Origin: a virus
Strand: one strand, 5' to 3'
Virus record (IMG/VR): IMGVR_UViG_3300046514_000338
Location: 1-64,000 of that record
DNA: 64,000 bases
The position numbers and the translations under genes were made by a program. Within the stretch, counting starts at the first letter, position 1. The number at the start of each line of letters is the position of its first letter. Of this stretch, positions 47,924 through 58,300 are shown piece by piece. Below the pieces are notes generated by a model. That model did no database searches, was not told where the DNA came from, and saw only the letters and a program-made list of their open reading frames with translations.

Positions 47924-50900
47924 TGGCATTTGTTGATACCGATATACCAGAAGCACCACTAGCGCCGCCGCCTAATGGTGACCCGTTAAAGGATATGTAT
48001 AATATACTTTCGAGTCCAGATAATAAATATTATACAAAATCATTTGACGAGTTTAAAAAGAAGTACAGCAGCAAAGACGAGGTGGATAAGTTATTTGATT
48101 TCGTCAGCGGAGAGCAGCTTTATACAAAATCAAAGGATGATTTCTATGGTAAATATTTCCCATCGTTAACTGATAAAAAAAAAGAAGATTTTCCACTTTT
48201 ATATCCAAGGTCAAAGCCTTCTTCAATTCAATCTACTTTAGGTGGCCGGTTGCAAGGCGAAGAAAGTAAGCCTGTTGGTGTTAACACCAAGGAAGAGGTA
48301 GCGCAATTTCAGTTTCCCAAAACAAGTCAACTGCCGGAGAATTTCAGTTCTAAGGATATTCAAAAAGAAGCAGAGCGGCAGATTGCAGAACAGGGAAGTA
48401 GAATATCGCCAACGGAAACAGACCCTCTTGGGGCAATAATGAAAGGCGGCCAAACAAATGAAGCCGATATAGTAGGTCAACAAACATCTCCTTATAAATA
48501 TCAGAACAAAGGCGCTGAAACAGTAGTAGAACAAAAAAAACAAGATATTTTAAATGGCGCTTTCCCGTCAGCCGACCAAGCAAAATCATATCTAACCTCT
48601 GTTGGTATAACTAACATAGATACAAGAAATGTTGGGGAATTACTTCAGCAGGCAGGAAATAATTTAACCAAACAGGTAGCCATCGGTAAGTACGAAAACT
48701 TTAAGAACGTAGAAAAAGCGTTTGATTACGGTAAACGCACACTTGGGGAAGCTGCCGCTCATTGGGCTGCCGACCACGGAAACGAAGATGTGAAATATCT
48801 CATAGATAATCGCCATCCAATAAATGATGCTACGATGGGAGATTTGAAGATGCAATTTTTACAGACACCTGAACTTTTTGAACTAGCTGATAAAAACCCT
48901 GCACTCAAACAAGAAATTAACGAAGAGATTTCAAATTTCCCTGCCACGCATCCAGAAACGGCAGCAAAGATACTTGGAGATATGCTTGCTGATGAGCGTG
49001 AACAGTTAGGACAAAATAGTAGTTGGTCAAATATCGTATCAAAAGAAAGCGGCGATAAGTTAATGAAGGGGTTGATAGATAGCGGTAAGATACCGATGAG
49101 TTATATGTCCGTGTATCAAAATGAAATCCGTCCAAAGTTGGGAACGATTAACGGAATCGGACGACTTATTGGAAATGCAATCCCTGTTGTAAACAAAGCA
49201 GTAAACGAAGACCCTATCACAACGCCGGGAGCATTACAAGGACTTGTAAGAGGCGCAGAAAATGTTGAAACAGACCTTGCCAAAGGCATCGTTAACCTAA
49301 CCGGATTGAATCCTCTTTCAAAGGAGCAGAACATTCAGGTGCTATTGCATCAGCAGGCGGCGAAATCTCAATTTGAACCAACGTCATCTCTACATCAGTT
49401 AACTATGCACGGTTCAGAAATGTTACCATTTGTGGCCTCTGTGTTTTTGGGCGGCAATCTTCTTCGTGCCGCAAACATTGTAAAAAGCCCAGAACTAGCT
49501 AGTGCTTTATCTATGGTTATAAATTCACATGGGCAGCAAGTAGATAAAGCCTTAATGTTATTCCCAGACAATGATTTTAAGCAATACACCTACATAGGAA
49601 CAATGGATTTGGCAAATGGGTTTTTAGGACGGTTACTACCGGGGCAAAAACTATTTGGTGCGGCGGAAGATAGTGAGGTGGCTGGCATACTTTCTAGCAT
49701 GGTTGATGGAAAGATTTCTACAGACGCAGCAAAGAATCAGATTATTAATTTCTTTAAAACCACCATCAAAGGAGCCGCAAAAGGTGCGCTTGGTGGCGCT
49801 GAATACAGTGGCGCTATGTCAGGACTTGATGATGCGTTAACAAGACTCTTGCAGAATAAAGGTGTTGACCTATCGCAGACATTCAGTAAAACATGGGAAG
49901 GCGCAAAACTAGGGCTATTGAGCACAATCCCGGCAGCAGGTCTTGAAGGAATGTCCGAGGGAGCCAAGGGTGTTGCACAAAATAAAGGAATCAGGAATGA
50001 GTACATCAATTTCGCCCATTATGCCGACTATTACAAGGGATTAATTGCAGACCACGCAAAGAGTGACCCTGAGTTTGCAAAACTAGCACCTGACATATTA
50101 AGCAACTTAGAACATCTTTCGCAAACATACACCGACATTAGTGATAAGGGTATGGGTGAAGACAGGCTAGGCCGTTATTTAGCAAATTCTCTTTCAGAAA
50201 AAATAGCCAACGACAAACTTAAAGTAACCACCGACCCAAGGGTAAAGCAGGAGATAAAGGATAAGATTGAAAAACTTGACGAAGACCAAAATAAAATCCT
50301 TGGAGAAAAAGAGGCCGTGGCTGTTACAACACCAAGAAAAACAGGAAGGGAAGTAACCAAGAACGGGGTAACAGTAACGATGCCAGCGCCGCCAGAAAGA
50401 AAGTCAACGGCTGTTATCATGCCTCATGAAAATGTTGTTCCTGAAAATGTACCATTAAAAAAAGAACCATCAGCCGAAGAACCCACACCTAAAGAAGTAG
50501 GTGCTGTATCTGATGAAAAAACTAAATTTCTTGAAGAAAATCCACATTCAGGGGGGGCATTGACTGGCAATCCAGATAAATTCGATAAACTTCCAGATGA
50601 TTCAGAAGTGTGGGTATTTACTGCCACTACTCCAAACAATGCTAAAAATATTATAGAAGGAGGAGAAGAATATGTACCTGAATTGCAAGGACAGAATATA
50701 AAAGGGGAATCAAAAAATGTTTATGTTGGGTCAGACCCAAGGGTAGTATCTGGATTAGGGAAGACAATCGTAGCTTTTAAAGTTAAAAAATCTGATTTAG
50801 GTCTTTCCCCAGAAGCAGAAAAAGCAAATCAATCTCTTGGCAGAGCAGTTGTTTCATCTGCAACAGGGGCTATATTAAAAGGTAAGCCAATAGAGTCCCA

Positions 50901-51642
50901 CATAGTAGAAAATCAAAGTAAATATCACGAATCGTCCAAAGAAGCATTTGATGTTTTAGCACCATATCTAACAGAGAAACCACCTACTGTATCTGAACCA
51001 AGTGCTGAAGAATTTACAGCAAATGGCGGCAATAAAATAGTAGACAAAAATGGTCAGCCTGTAACATTATTGCATGGAACCAATAATGATAATATAAAGT
51101 TTGACAAAGGAACAGTATTTTATGCCACAGACGATAAACAATTTGCAGACGTATATGGGGAAAAACATTTTCCAGTACAGATAGTCCTTAAAAATCCATA
51201 CGACTTAACTAATAGCGAAGACGGAATAATTAAAGATGAACAAGGCAATCCTATGCTAGATAAAGAAGGGCACCCATATTCCATAAATTATATTGACCAA
51301 AATGTTGTAAATGACCTAAAAAGCCGTGGATATGATGGCGTTAGAATGGGGAACCAAAGTGTTGTAGCGTTTGATAAATCGCAAATAAGAGAGCCATCTG
51401 AATCAAAAAAACAACCAAGTGAAACTCCCCAAGAACTTACTGAACCGACTAATAAATTAGAGGCAGAGAAACAGCAGAAGATAGACGAAGCCATGAAACC
51501 TGAATTACCTGAAATAAAGGAAATCAGCGATAAGGATTTAGTGAAGGCAAAGGATAGGGGGAATGTAATGATAAGGCATGATGAGATAACCGACAAACTT
51601 GATAAACTAAAAAAAATTATTGATTGCGTATGGGCGGCGTAG
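47923..51642 (+). CDS. polyvalent internal virion protein with a C-terminal ADP-ribosyltransferase-like (ART-PolyVal) domain
   Basis: VDKNGQPVTLLHGT..FYATDD..A.VY..LKNP..LKSRGYDGV...VVAFDKSQI. Confidence 0.72.
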   Translation: MAFVDTDIPEAPLAPPPNGDPLKDMYNILSSPDNKYYTKSFDEFKKKYSSKDEVDKLFDFVSGEQLYTKSKDDFYGKYFPSLTDKKKEDFPLLYPRSKPSSIQSTLGGRLQGEESKPVGVNTKEEVAQFQFPKTSQLPENFSSKDIQKEAERQIAEQGSRISPTETDPLGAIMKGGQTNEADIVGQQTSPYKYQNKGAETVVEQKKQDILNGAFPSADQAKSYLTSVGITNIDTRNVGELLQQAGNNLTKQVAIGKYENFKNVEKAFDYGKRTLGEAAAHWAADHGNEDVKYLIDNRHPINDATMGDLKMQFLQTPELFELADKNPALKQEINEEISNFPATHPETAAKILGDMLADEREQLGQNSSWSNIVSKESGDKLMKGLIDSGKIPMSYMSVYQNEIRPKLGTINGIGRLIGNAIPVVNKAVNEDPITTPGALQGLVRGAENVETDLAKGIVNLTGLNPLSKEQNIQVLLHQQAAKSQFEPTSSLHQLTMHGSEMLPFVASVFLGGNLLRAANIVKSPELASALSMVINSHGQQVDKALMLFPDNDFKQYTYIGTMDLANGFLGRLLPGQKLFGAAEDSEVAGILSSMVDGKISTDAAKNQIINFFKTTIKGAAKGALGGAEYSGAMSGLDDALTRLLQNKGVDLSQTFSKTWEGAKLGLLSTIPAAGLEGMSEGAKGVAQNKGIRNEYINFAHYADYYKGLIADHAKSDPEFAKLAPDILSNLEHLSQTYTDISDKGMGEDRLGRYLANSLSEKIANDKLKVTTDPRVKQEIKDKIEKLDEDQNKILGEKEAVAVTTPRKTGREVTKNGVTVTMPAPPERKSTAVIMPHENVVPENVPLKKEPSAEEPTPKEVGAVSDEKTKFLEENPHSGGALTGNPDKFDKLPDDSEVWVFTATTPNNAKNIIEGGEEYVPELQGQNIKGESKNVYVGSDPRVVSGLGKTIVAFKVKKSDLGLSPEAEKANQSLGRAVVSSATGAILKGKPIESHIVENQSKYHESSKEAFDVLAPYLTEKPPTVSEPSAEEFTANGGNKIVDKNGQPVTLLHGTNNDNIKFDKGTVFYATDDKQFADVYGEKHFPVQIVLKNPYDLTNSEDGIIKDEQGNPMLDKEGHPYSINYIDQNVVNDLKSRGYDGVRMGNQSVVAFDKSQIREPSESKKQPSETPQELTEPTNKLEAEKQQKIDEAMKPELPEIKEISDKDLVKAKDRGNVMIRHDEITDKLDKLKKIIDCVWAA

Positions 51643-52058
51643 AAGAAAAAAATGGTCAGCGACAATTCCTATTGGAGGAAGCAAGGCATGAAGAAATACT
51701 ATCTGCTTTAAAGCGTATTGCGTCATCTGTTGAAAGTGAATCAAAGAACGAAATAATATCAAAATCAATAGAGAACAATACAAAAGAAATTGCTAATTTC
51801 GGGAGTAAGTTGGGAGAATTGGAAGTAAGGGTTGATGCTCCCATTGTGAACGTGCAGACAAATCAGCAACAAGTAATAGCAGCTATAAATGAACTGAAAG
51901 CCCAAGGAGCAAGGATTGAGCAGTTACTTACAGAACAGAACAGGTATTTTGAAGAAATGTGCAGGCCAAAAGATTATGAGTTTAAGTTTGACCGAAATCA
52001 TTTGGGAGTAATGCAAAGTCCAATAACAGCAAAAGTAAAACCCACTTATAACAATTAA
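51624..52058 (+). CDS. coiled-coil protein
   Basis: Heptads, APIVNV and terminal YEFKFDRN.LG hairpin. Confidence 0.65.
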   Translation: MRMGGVEEKNGQRQFLLEEARHEEILSALKRIASSVESESKNEIISKSIENNTKEIANFGSKLGELEVRVDAPIVNVQTNQQQVIAAINELKAQGARIEQLLTEQNRYFEEMCRPKDYEFKFDRNHLGVMQSPITAKVKPTYNN

Positions 52059-52071
52059 AAACTAAAACAAA

Positions 52072-52521
52072 ATGCGTAGATATTCAGGTAGCGGCAACAC
52101 AAACGCCGGAACAAACTTAACCATTGGTGAAATGGTTGCTGTAGGAAACACAACTCGCGCCCGTATTTATGACATATTTATCGGGTCAGACGCTACACCC
52201 GCCGATGTAGCTACAAAATTCAGGGTGATACGCGGCACCGTGTCCGGTACGGCAGCAAGCACATTTACTCCTACAGCACCAGACCCCGGCGACCCTGCAT
52301 CGCTGATGAGTTTTAAAGTAGGGACGTTTACTGGGCAATCAAAGACAGCAAGTAGTCAACTATTGGAAATTGCGCTGAATCAACGCGCAACGGTACGTTG
52401 GGTGGCCGTCCCCGATAGCGAACTTGTTTCTCCTGCAACGACTGATAATTGGATTGGGCTTGAATCAATAGCTTCCGGCGGTACTCCTACAATTAGCGTA
52501 ACATTTTTATGGCAAGAATAA
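52072..52521 (+). CDS. beta-sandwich putative virion protein
   Basis: T/G/A-rich beta pattern. Confidence 0.6.
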   Translation: MRRYSGSGNTNAGTNLTIGEMVAVGNTTRARIYDIFIGSDATPADVATKFRVIRGTVSGTAASTFTPTAPDPGDPASLMSFKVGTFTGQSKTASSQLLEIALNQRATVRWVAVPDSELVSPATTDNWIGLESIASGGTPTISVTFLWQE

Positions 52522-52525
52522 ATAT

Positions 52526-52813
52526 ATGAAAGCATCAGACATTCTTATCATAAACGGACAGCAAAACTTTGAGGCCGAATCGGTGCGTAAGCCGAGCGGC
52601 CACATTATTGTTGAAGGTCAGGAGGTCGCAGATACTTTGCAGTGTAAGCATTGCAATAGTCATTTTGTGGTTATAAAAGGAAGCGGGGTAAAACGTGGAT
52701 GGTGTACTCATTGCAATGGTGCGCTATGTGGAAGCCCAGAATGTATGGAATGTGTTGACTTCCGAAAAAAATTGGATGAATATGAATCTGGAAGGCGTAA
52801 AACTTTAAAGTAA
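52526..52813 (+). CDS. Cys-rich zinc-binding protein
   Basis: CKHC..WCTHC..LC...C..C. Confidence 0.7.
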   Translation: MKASDILIINGQQNFEAESVRKPSGHIIVEGQEVADTLQCKHCNSHFVVIKGSGVKRGWCTHCNGALCGSPECMECVDFRKKLDEYESGRRKTLK

Positions 52814-52819
52814 TAAACT

Positions 52820-53377
52820 ATGCAAAGCCCATTTTACAATGATATAATGCCACCTTTCATATCAGGTGATATTGGTCAGGTTACTCTTGCTACAACAGCT
52901 AAAGCATTATATGGTCAATCAAATTTCCCTGTACTTGGTGGTAACTTTTTTGGGTTTATAGGCAGGGCGATAAGGATAGAACTTTGGGGACGTATCACAA
53001 CGGCGGCAACTCCCGGTAATGGAAGTTTTGATATTTATTATGGTTCAGGTGCAGATGCTAATGGAACAATACTTGCTTCATCGGCTGCACTTGCATTAAG
53101 TATAAATCAAACAAGTGTATCATGGATGGCCGTTGTTGATGTTCATTGTAGAACGATTGGTAATGCTGGAACATTATTTTGCACAGGATATGCTTTATTT
53201 AATGTTGGCGTTCTTGCAAGCACTCTTTCACCAATGTTTATTCCGGCTAACACAGCAGTAGTATCAGCGGGTATTGACCTTACGGCAGCAAATATTATTT
53301 CTGTTCAGTTTAAACGGTCTGGGTCAACAGCAGAAACTATGCAAATTCACAACATGCGAGTAATTGCCTTAAATTAA
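52820..53377 (+). CDS. beta-sandwich putative virion protein
   Basis: Uncharged, beta-rich sequence. Confidence 0.6.
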   Translation: MQSPFYNDIMPPFISGDIGQVTLATTAKALYGQSNFPVLGGNFFGFIGRAIRIELWGRITTAATPGNGSFDIYYGSGADANGTILASSAALALSINQTSVSWMAVVDVHCRTIGNAGTLFCTGYALFNVGVLASTLSPMFIPANTAVVSAGIDLTAANIISVQFKRSGSTAETMQIHNMRVIALN

Positions 53378-53390
53378 TCAATAAAAAGAT

Positions 53391-55352
53391 GTGGCATATC
53401 GGGACTCATCGTTTACATCGGCGAATGCACTTTCGCTAAACGCCACTAAACCTACTCTTACACAAGTAGGCGATATTCTTTATACATATTTTTTTACAGA
53501 TGGTGGATTAAATTCTGGTATCACTCTAACGCCACCTACAGGATGGACACTTGTTCCCGGCAGCAATCAAGGTGCTAATACAGGTGCGCCCGATGGATGG
53601 TCTTCGTGGGTGTACTGGAAAATGGCTGGTCCAAGCGAACCGGCGACCTACACATGGACGATTGGCGGCATCCCTGCCACAGATATTTCCGCTTACATAG
53701 TAGCCTTATCGGGAAGAAAAGCATCCCCTCCGGTCATTTCTCACGGCACAGTAAACACAACAGGTAATGCCACACCTGTAACGGTTTCTGATAGTGGCAT
53801 AACACCACTTAATAGAGATGATGTTTTAGTCTTTGCTATAGGAGATATTACGGTAGGCACAGATGCGTGGTCATTCGGGACACTTACAAATTATACTAGA
53901 CGGCAGAATACACAAAATGGCTTTAATGTAGGTGTTTGTTATACGCGAGACGATGTTGCTGCCGCCGCTACCGGGACAATATCGGTAACGCTAACCCGAA
54001 ATTCTGGAACGGGAACGTCAGGATGGGGAATGTTTGTATTATCTGTTCCCGCCGCTACAGTCGCGCCAACATCAAACCCAACACGACGTCTATTTCGGGG
54101 AGGTAATGTAAAACTTGTTCGGCTAGGAAGAATGCCACTTGCCCCGCTTCCCGATACTACAAATATTTCATGGATTGTTCCCGCTGAACCATTACCACGA
54201 ACCAAGTCGTTACCAACGGCATTATTAACAGACTCATCGTTTTTTGTTCAGGTATTAAGCCAAGAAGTTATAACGGTAGATAAGTGGGTACAACCAATTT
54301 CCCAACCATATTTAAAGACAGCGTATAGGCAAACGGGTGGCGAAGCAAGATTTGAAGTTCCACGAACTATACTTGTTACCGATTGGTTTCAGCTAGCAAG
54401 TGAGCCTGTAAGAAGAAAGCCTACGCAATTATTGGGAGGAGAATTTAGATTTGAATTACCTAGAGCGATATTAGTTACCGATTGGTTCCAAGAAGCTAGC
54501 CAACCATATTTTTCAAAAAGAAGAGACACTAATTTCGGGGAGTACAGGTTTGAAGTACCACGGGCTATTTTACTTAGCGATTGGTTTCAGCCAACGTCAG
54601 TTCCTTATTTTTCAAAGCTAAGAAACTCAAATTTCGGTGAATATAGATTTGAACTTCCAAGAACCATTTTAGTTACTGATTGGTTCCAGCCACTATCTGC
54701 ACCATATTTTACTAAAAGAAGGGATGCCAATACTGGAGAATACAGGTTTGAGTTGCCTAGAGAGATATTGCTATCGGATTGGTTCAATGAAACGAGCCAG
54801 CCGGTACAAAAACTAATAAGGCAGCTACTCGGCGGCGAGGTGAGGATTGATGTGCTTACCCCTGCCGAAATAATCACCCTTGATAAGTGGTACAATGACA
54901 CTAGCCAGCCCTATTTTAATCGAAAAACAAATAGTAACTTTGGTGAGTACCGTTTTGAAGTACCGAGGGAGATATTACTTTCAGATTGGTTTCATGATAC
55001 AAGCCAGCCTGTAAAAGATAAAGTGCGGCAGTTGTTGGGCGGTGCGGTAAGTATCGAAATAATAATTCCTCCCGAAGTAATCACGCTTGATAAATGGTAT
55101 CAGGAAACGCAACAGCCGTACTTTACTAGGTTAACGCAGACAGACCAATATGAGTTCAGGGTTGATGTGGTTGAAACGCCGCCACCGACAGGGACAGTAC
55201 CATACCAATTTGTAGAAATAATTAACGAACCGGAGGGCGGTAGTCACAACGAAAGAAGAAGGCAGGAAGAGCAACAAAATATCAATGAAATATTAAAAGA
55301 CGATGAAGCTATTAGGTTTATATTAAAAAAATGGTTAAACCACTTTAATTAA
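53391..55352 (+). CDS. beta-domain protein with about nine 33-36 aa tandem repeats
   Basis: N-terminal TPPTGWT..YWKMAG.SEP.TYTW domain followed by EYRFE.PR.IL..DWF...S.P repeats. Confidence 0.8.
   Translation: MAYRDSSFTSANALSLNATKPTLTQVGDILYTYFFTDGGLNSGITLTPPTGWTLVPGSNQGANTGAPDGWSSWVYWKMAGPSEPATYTWTIGGIPATDISAYIVALSGRKASPPVISHGTVNTTGNATPVTVSDSGITPLNRDDVLVFAIGDITVGTDAWSFGTLTNYTRRQNTQNGFNVGVCYTRDDVAAAATGTISVTLTRNSGTGTSGWGMFVLSVPAATVAPTSNPTRRLFRGGNVKLVRLGRMPLAPLPDTTNISWIVPAEPLPRTKSLPTALLTDSSFFVQVLSQEVITVDKWVQPISQPYLKTAYRQTGGEARFEVPRTILVTDWFQLASEPVRRKPTQLLGGEFRFELPRAILVTDWFQEASQPYFSKRRDTNFGEYRFEVPRAILLSDWFQPTSVPYFSKLRNSNFGEYRFELPRTILVTDWFQPLSAPYFTKRRDANTGEYRFELPREILLSDWFNETSQPVQKLIRQLLGGEVRIDVLTPAEIITLDKWYNDTSQPYFNRKTNSNFGEYRFEVPREILLSDWFHDTSQPVKDKVRQLLGGAVSIEIIIPPEVITLDKWYQETQQPYFTRLTQTDQYEFRVDVVETPPPTGTVPYQFVEIINEPEGGSHNERRRQEEQQNINEILKDDEAIRFILKKWLNHFN
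54260..55175 (+). repeat. degenerate ~99-bp coding tandem repeat
   Basis: Recurrent GATTGGTT/GATAAGTGG cores spaced 99-108 bp apart. Confidence 0.85.
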
Positions 55353-55353
55353 A

Positions 55354-58300
55354 ATGGCAGTCACCGAAAAAAATTGCTTTGAAATCCACGGTAGAAAAGA
55401 TTTGGGAAGTCTTTTCAGAGATAAAGTGAAAAGCGGTATCGACGAAAAGCAGGCCGCAAGGGAAGTGATACTTGATGAACATAAGAGCCTCTACGACCAA
55501 ATGCAATCATTGGGCAAAGAGGTGCTTGGTAAAAAGTATAAAGCATCCCCTTATGAAAAACCCGATAACGCCGCAGAAATAAGTCAAATCAATAAGGAAC
55601 ATGAAAACGTTGTCACAAAATCTACTCAACAAACTAAACAAGTCCCCGCAGAAAAAAAAGTCGGAACAACTAAACCTACTACTGAAACTAAGCGAAAAGC
55701 AAAAGAAGTCAAGGCTGAACCAAAAAAGTCCGTCCTTGATAAACCGTTTAAAGAAGTCTCTATAGATGATATACTAGGAGAGTTAACTAGGCTTCGCGGA
55801 GGTAATGAGGAAAGGGTAGGTGCCGGCGGTAAGGCAGCAGGCGGCGCAACAGCAGCAGAGCACATGAGGATGGCAAAGACTGTACTTGGCAAACTTTTCC
55901 CCAAAGCAACATTCGAGTCGTATAATACAACAGAAGAGTATCTTAAAAATGGTGGCATAGAGGGGTCAAGGGGAAGGTTTCTTGCTGATAAAAATGGTGA
56001 GCACAGAATTTTACTTGACCTTCAAAAAATGGCCGAACATGGTGTAACTAAAACGCCAACACATGAAGTCCTCCATGCAATCGTTTATGGTAAATATGGA
56101 ATAAACACAGATGCCTTAAAGAAAACATGGAATGAACTTTCTACGACAATGAAAGGTGTAAAAGGGATGGATGCCGTATTCTCCCACCTTGAAAATTACG
56201 ATGAGCCAAGGCAACTGCCATCCGAAGGAATCACAGAACTGCTTACCCAACTAGTACACGGCAACATTGATATAAAAGACCTTCCACTATTAAGGCAAAA
56301 TAAAATCATAGAAGTAGTTAATAAACTGCTTAAACAAATTGGTGTTGATTTCCAGTTTGGCAATGCAGACGATTTCCAAAAATTCGCGCAGGAAGTAAAA
56401 AATACATTTGAAGGTAAAGGTGAGGAAGGTTTGCAGAAAATACTTTCAGAAAAAAGAACCGACAAGTATCACACAGATTATGAAAGGCAACTTGCTCAGT
56501 TAGAGATAGACCCGGAGCACGTAAAGAAGTTACGCGCTCTGCTATCTATTAAATTAAAAATGGAAGTTGATTCTGGCAGATTGTCGCAAGAACAAGCCAA
56601 TGAGTATTTAAAAAAAGCAGGAGTACAACCAACGGAGGCAAAAGCAAAGGGGGCTGCCGTTACTATGCCAAAAGAAGAACCGAAGGAAGAGGACGTAGCC
56701 GACGAAGTAGACAAACTTGAATCAGGTAAACCGCCGCATAAAGGAGATGAGTTTGCATTAGGTACTGAAGTAGAGGAAGAGGGAACCGGCATTAGGAAAG
56801 AAGCAACTGACGCAATAAGAGAAAAATATGGTCTTTCAGAAAGCAAACGAGACAATCCAACGCATGCAGAATTAGAGGCACAAGCAGAGGCGGCGATACG
56901 AAAAGGGTATAACCCGGAAACGCTAGTTGCACAAATGGAGCGCGGTATTACCAACAATGGGGTAGAAAATTTCATAGCTAAAAAATATTTGGCTACACTA
57001 GAGGCTCAATATGAGCGTGACGCAGACCCGGCTACTCTTGAAAAAATCAATAGGTTCACCAAAGCTACTCGTCAGGTAGGTTCTCTTGCATCGGAATCAT
57101 TAAGCACTAGACGCGGATTAGTCCCCACAGAAGATAGCCGCGCTGATTTTTTCATTAACGAATTAGACACCAACAATGGCGCTCCGCTCACAGAGCAGCA
57201 AAACAAAACTGCAAGCGAAGAGTATGAAAAATTAAAAATAGCTAGGAAGAAACTTGATGATGACACTAAGGCATTTGAAGAAAAAGTGAAAGCATTAAAA
57301 GCCGAAAAACAAATTGGTTCAACTACCAAAGGTAAGAGTAAGCCAACAACCGAAAGAAAAGCAACGCTTGCAGACGAGCGCAAGGATATTTTAAAATCTA
57401 TTTCCGCTAAATGGAAAACTGCCGGTAAGGATAAACTGTCTAGCGACCTTCCATACAGACAGCAAATTGCGGCCATTGCTCCTGACGTAGTAAAATTAGG
57501 CAGGAATCTTTTTGAGGATGGTGTTACGCGGCTCGAAGATGTTGTAAATAAAATTTACGACACAATAAAAAGCGATGTGGATATTACGCCACAAGATATT
57601 CATGATATTTTAGCAGGTGAGTACAAGCAAACAAGACCAACCAAAAGTGAGGCCGCTATTGCTTATGAAACACTCCGGCAGAAAGCTACCTTAATCAATA
57701 AACTTGAAAAAGCGCAATCAGGCCAAGCGCCCACTGAAAAGAAACAAAGGAAAAAAAATCAGGAGATAGAGGCGTTTAAAAAAGAACTTGGTCTTGATAA
57801 GTTTGAACAATTGCAGGCATTGAAAAACAGGACGAATGAGAATGTAGAAAAAGCACTTGCCCAACTTAACAGTGGGAACTTCGCGCCTCCTAAAGAAAAG
57901 AAAATTCCATTGATGGAAGATAAGGAGTTGCAAAAACAATTTCCTAAAGAGTTTAATCAAGTTAAAAATTCAATCAACCAATACATTGACCTTAAAAGGC
58001 AGATTGCATTACGCAGGTTAAAAGAAATGTATGAGCAAAAACCACTTGAAGAAAAAACACTTGATGTATTTACCAAGGCATTGAACATTCCCCGTACACT
58101 AATGGCATCTTTTGACTATTCAGCACCATTAAGGCAGGGTATTGTAGCAAGTATCTCCCATCCTATAATGGCGAAGCAAGCATTAAAATTTATGTTTCAA
58201 GCATCCGCTAGCCAGCATGTTTACAACAGGTGGCTTGATGCTGTTCATAAAGACCCAAGATGGGAGGTAGCACAAAAAACAGGTCTAGGTATAACAGACC

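Noticed and set aside
54260-55175. CRISPR array or DGR template/variable repeats
   Set aside because: The repeats are in-frame, degenerate at synonymous sites and have no unique spacers; no cas or reverse transcriptase gene is seen
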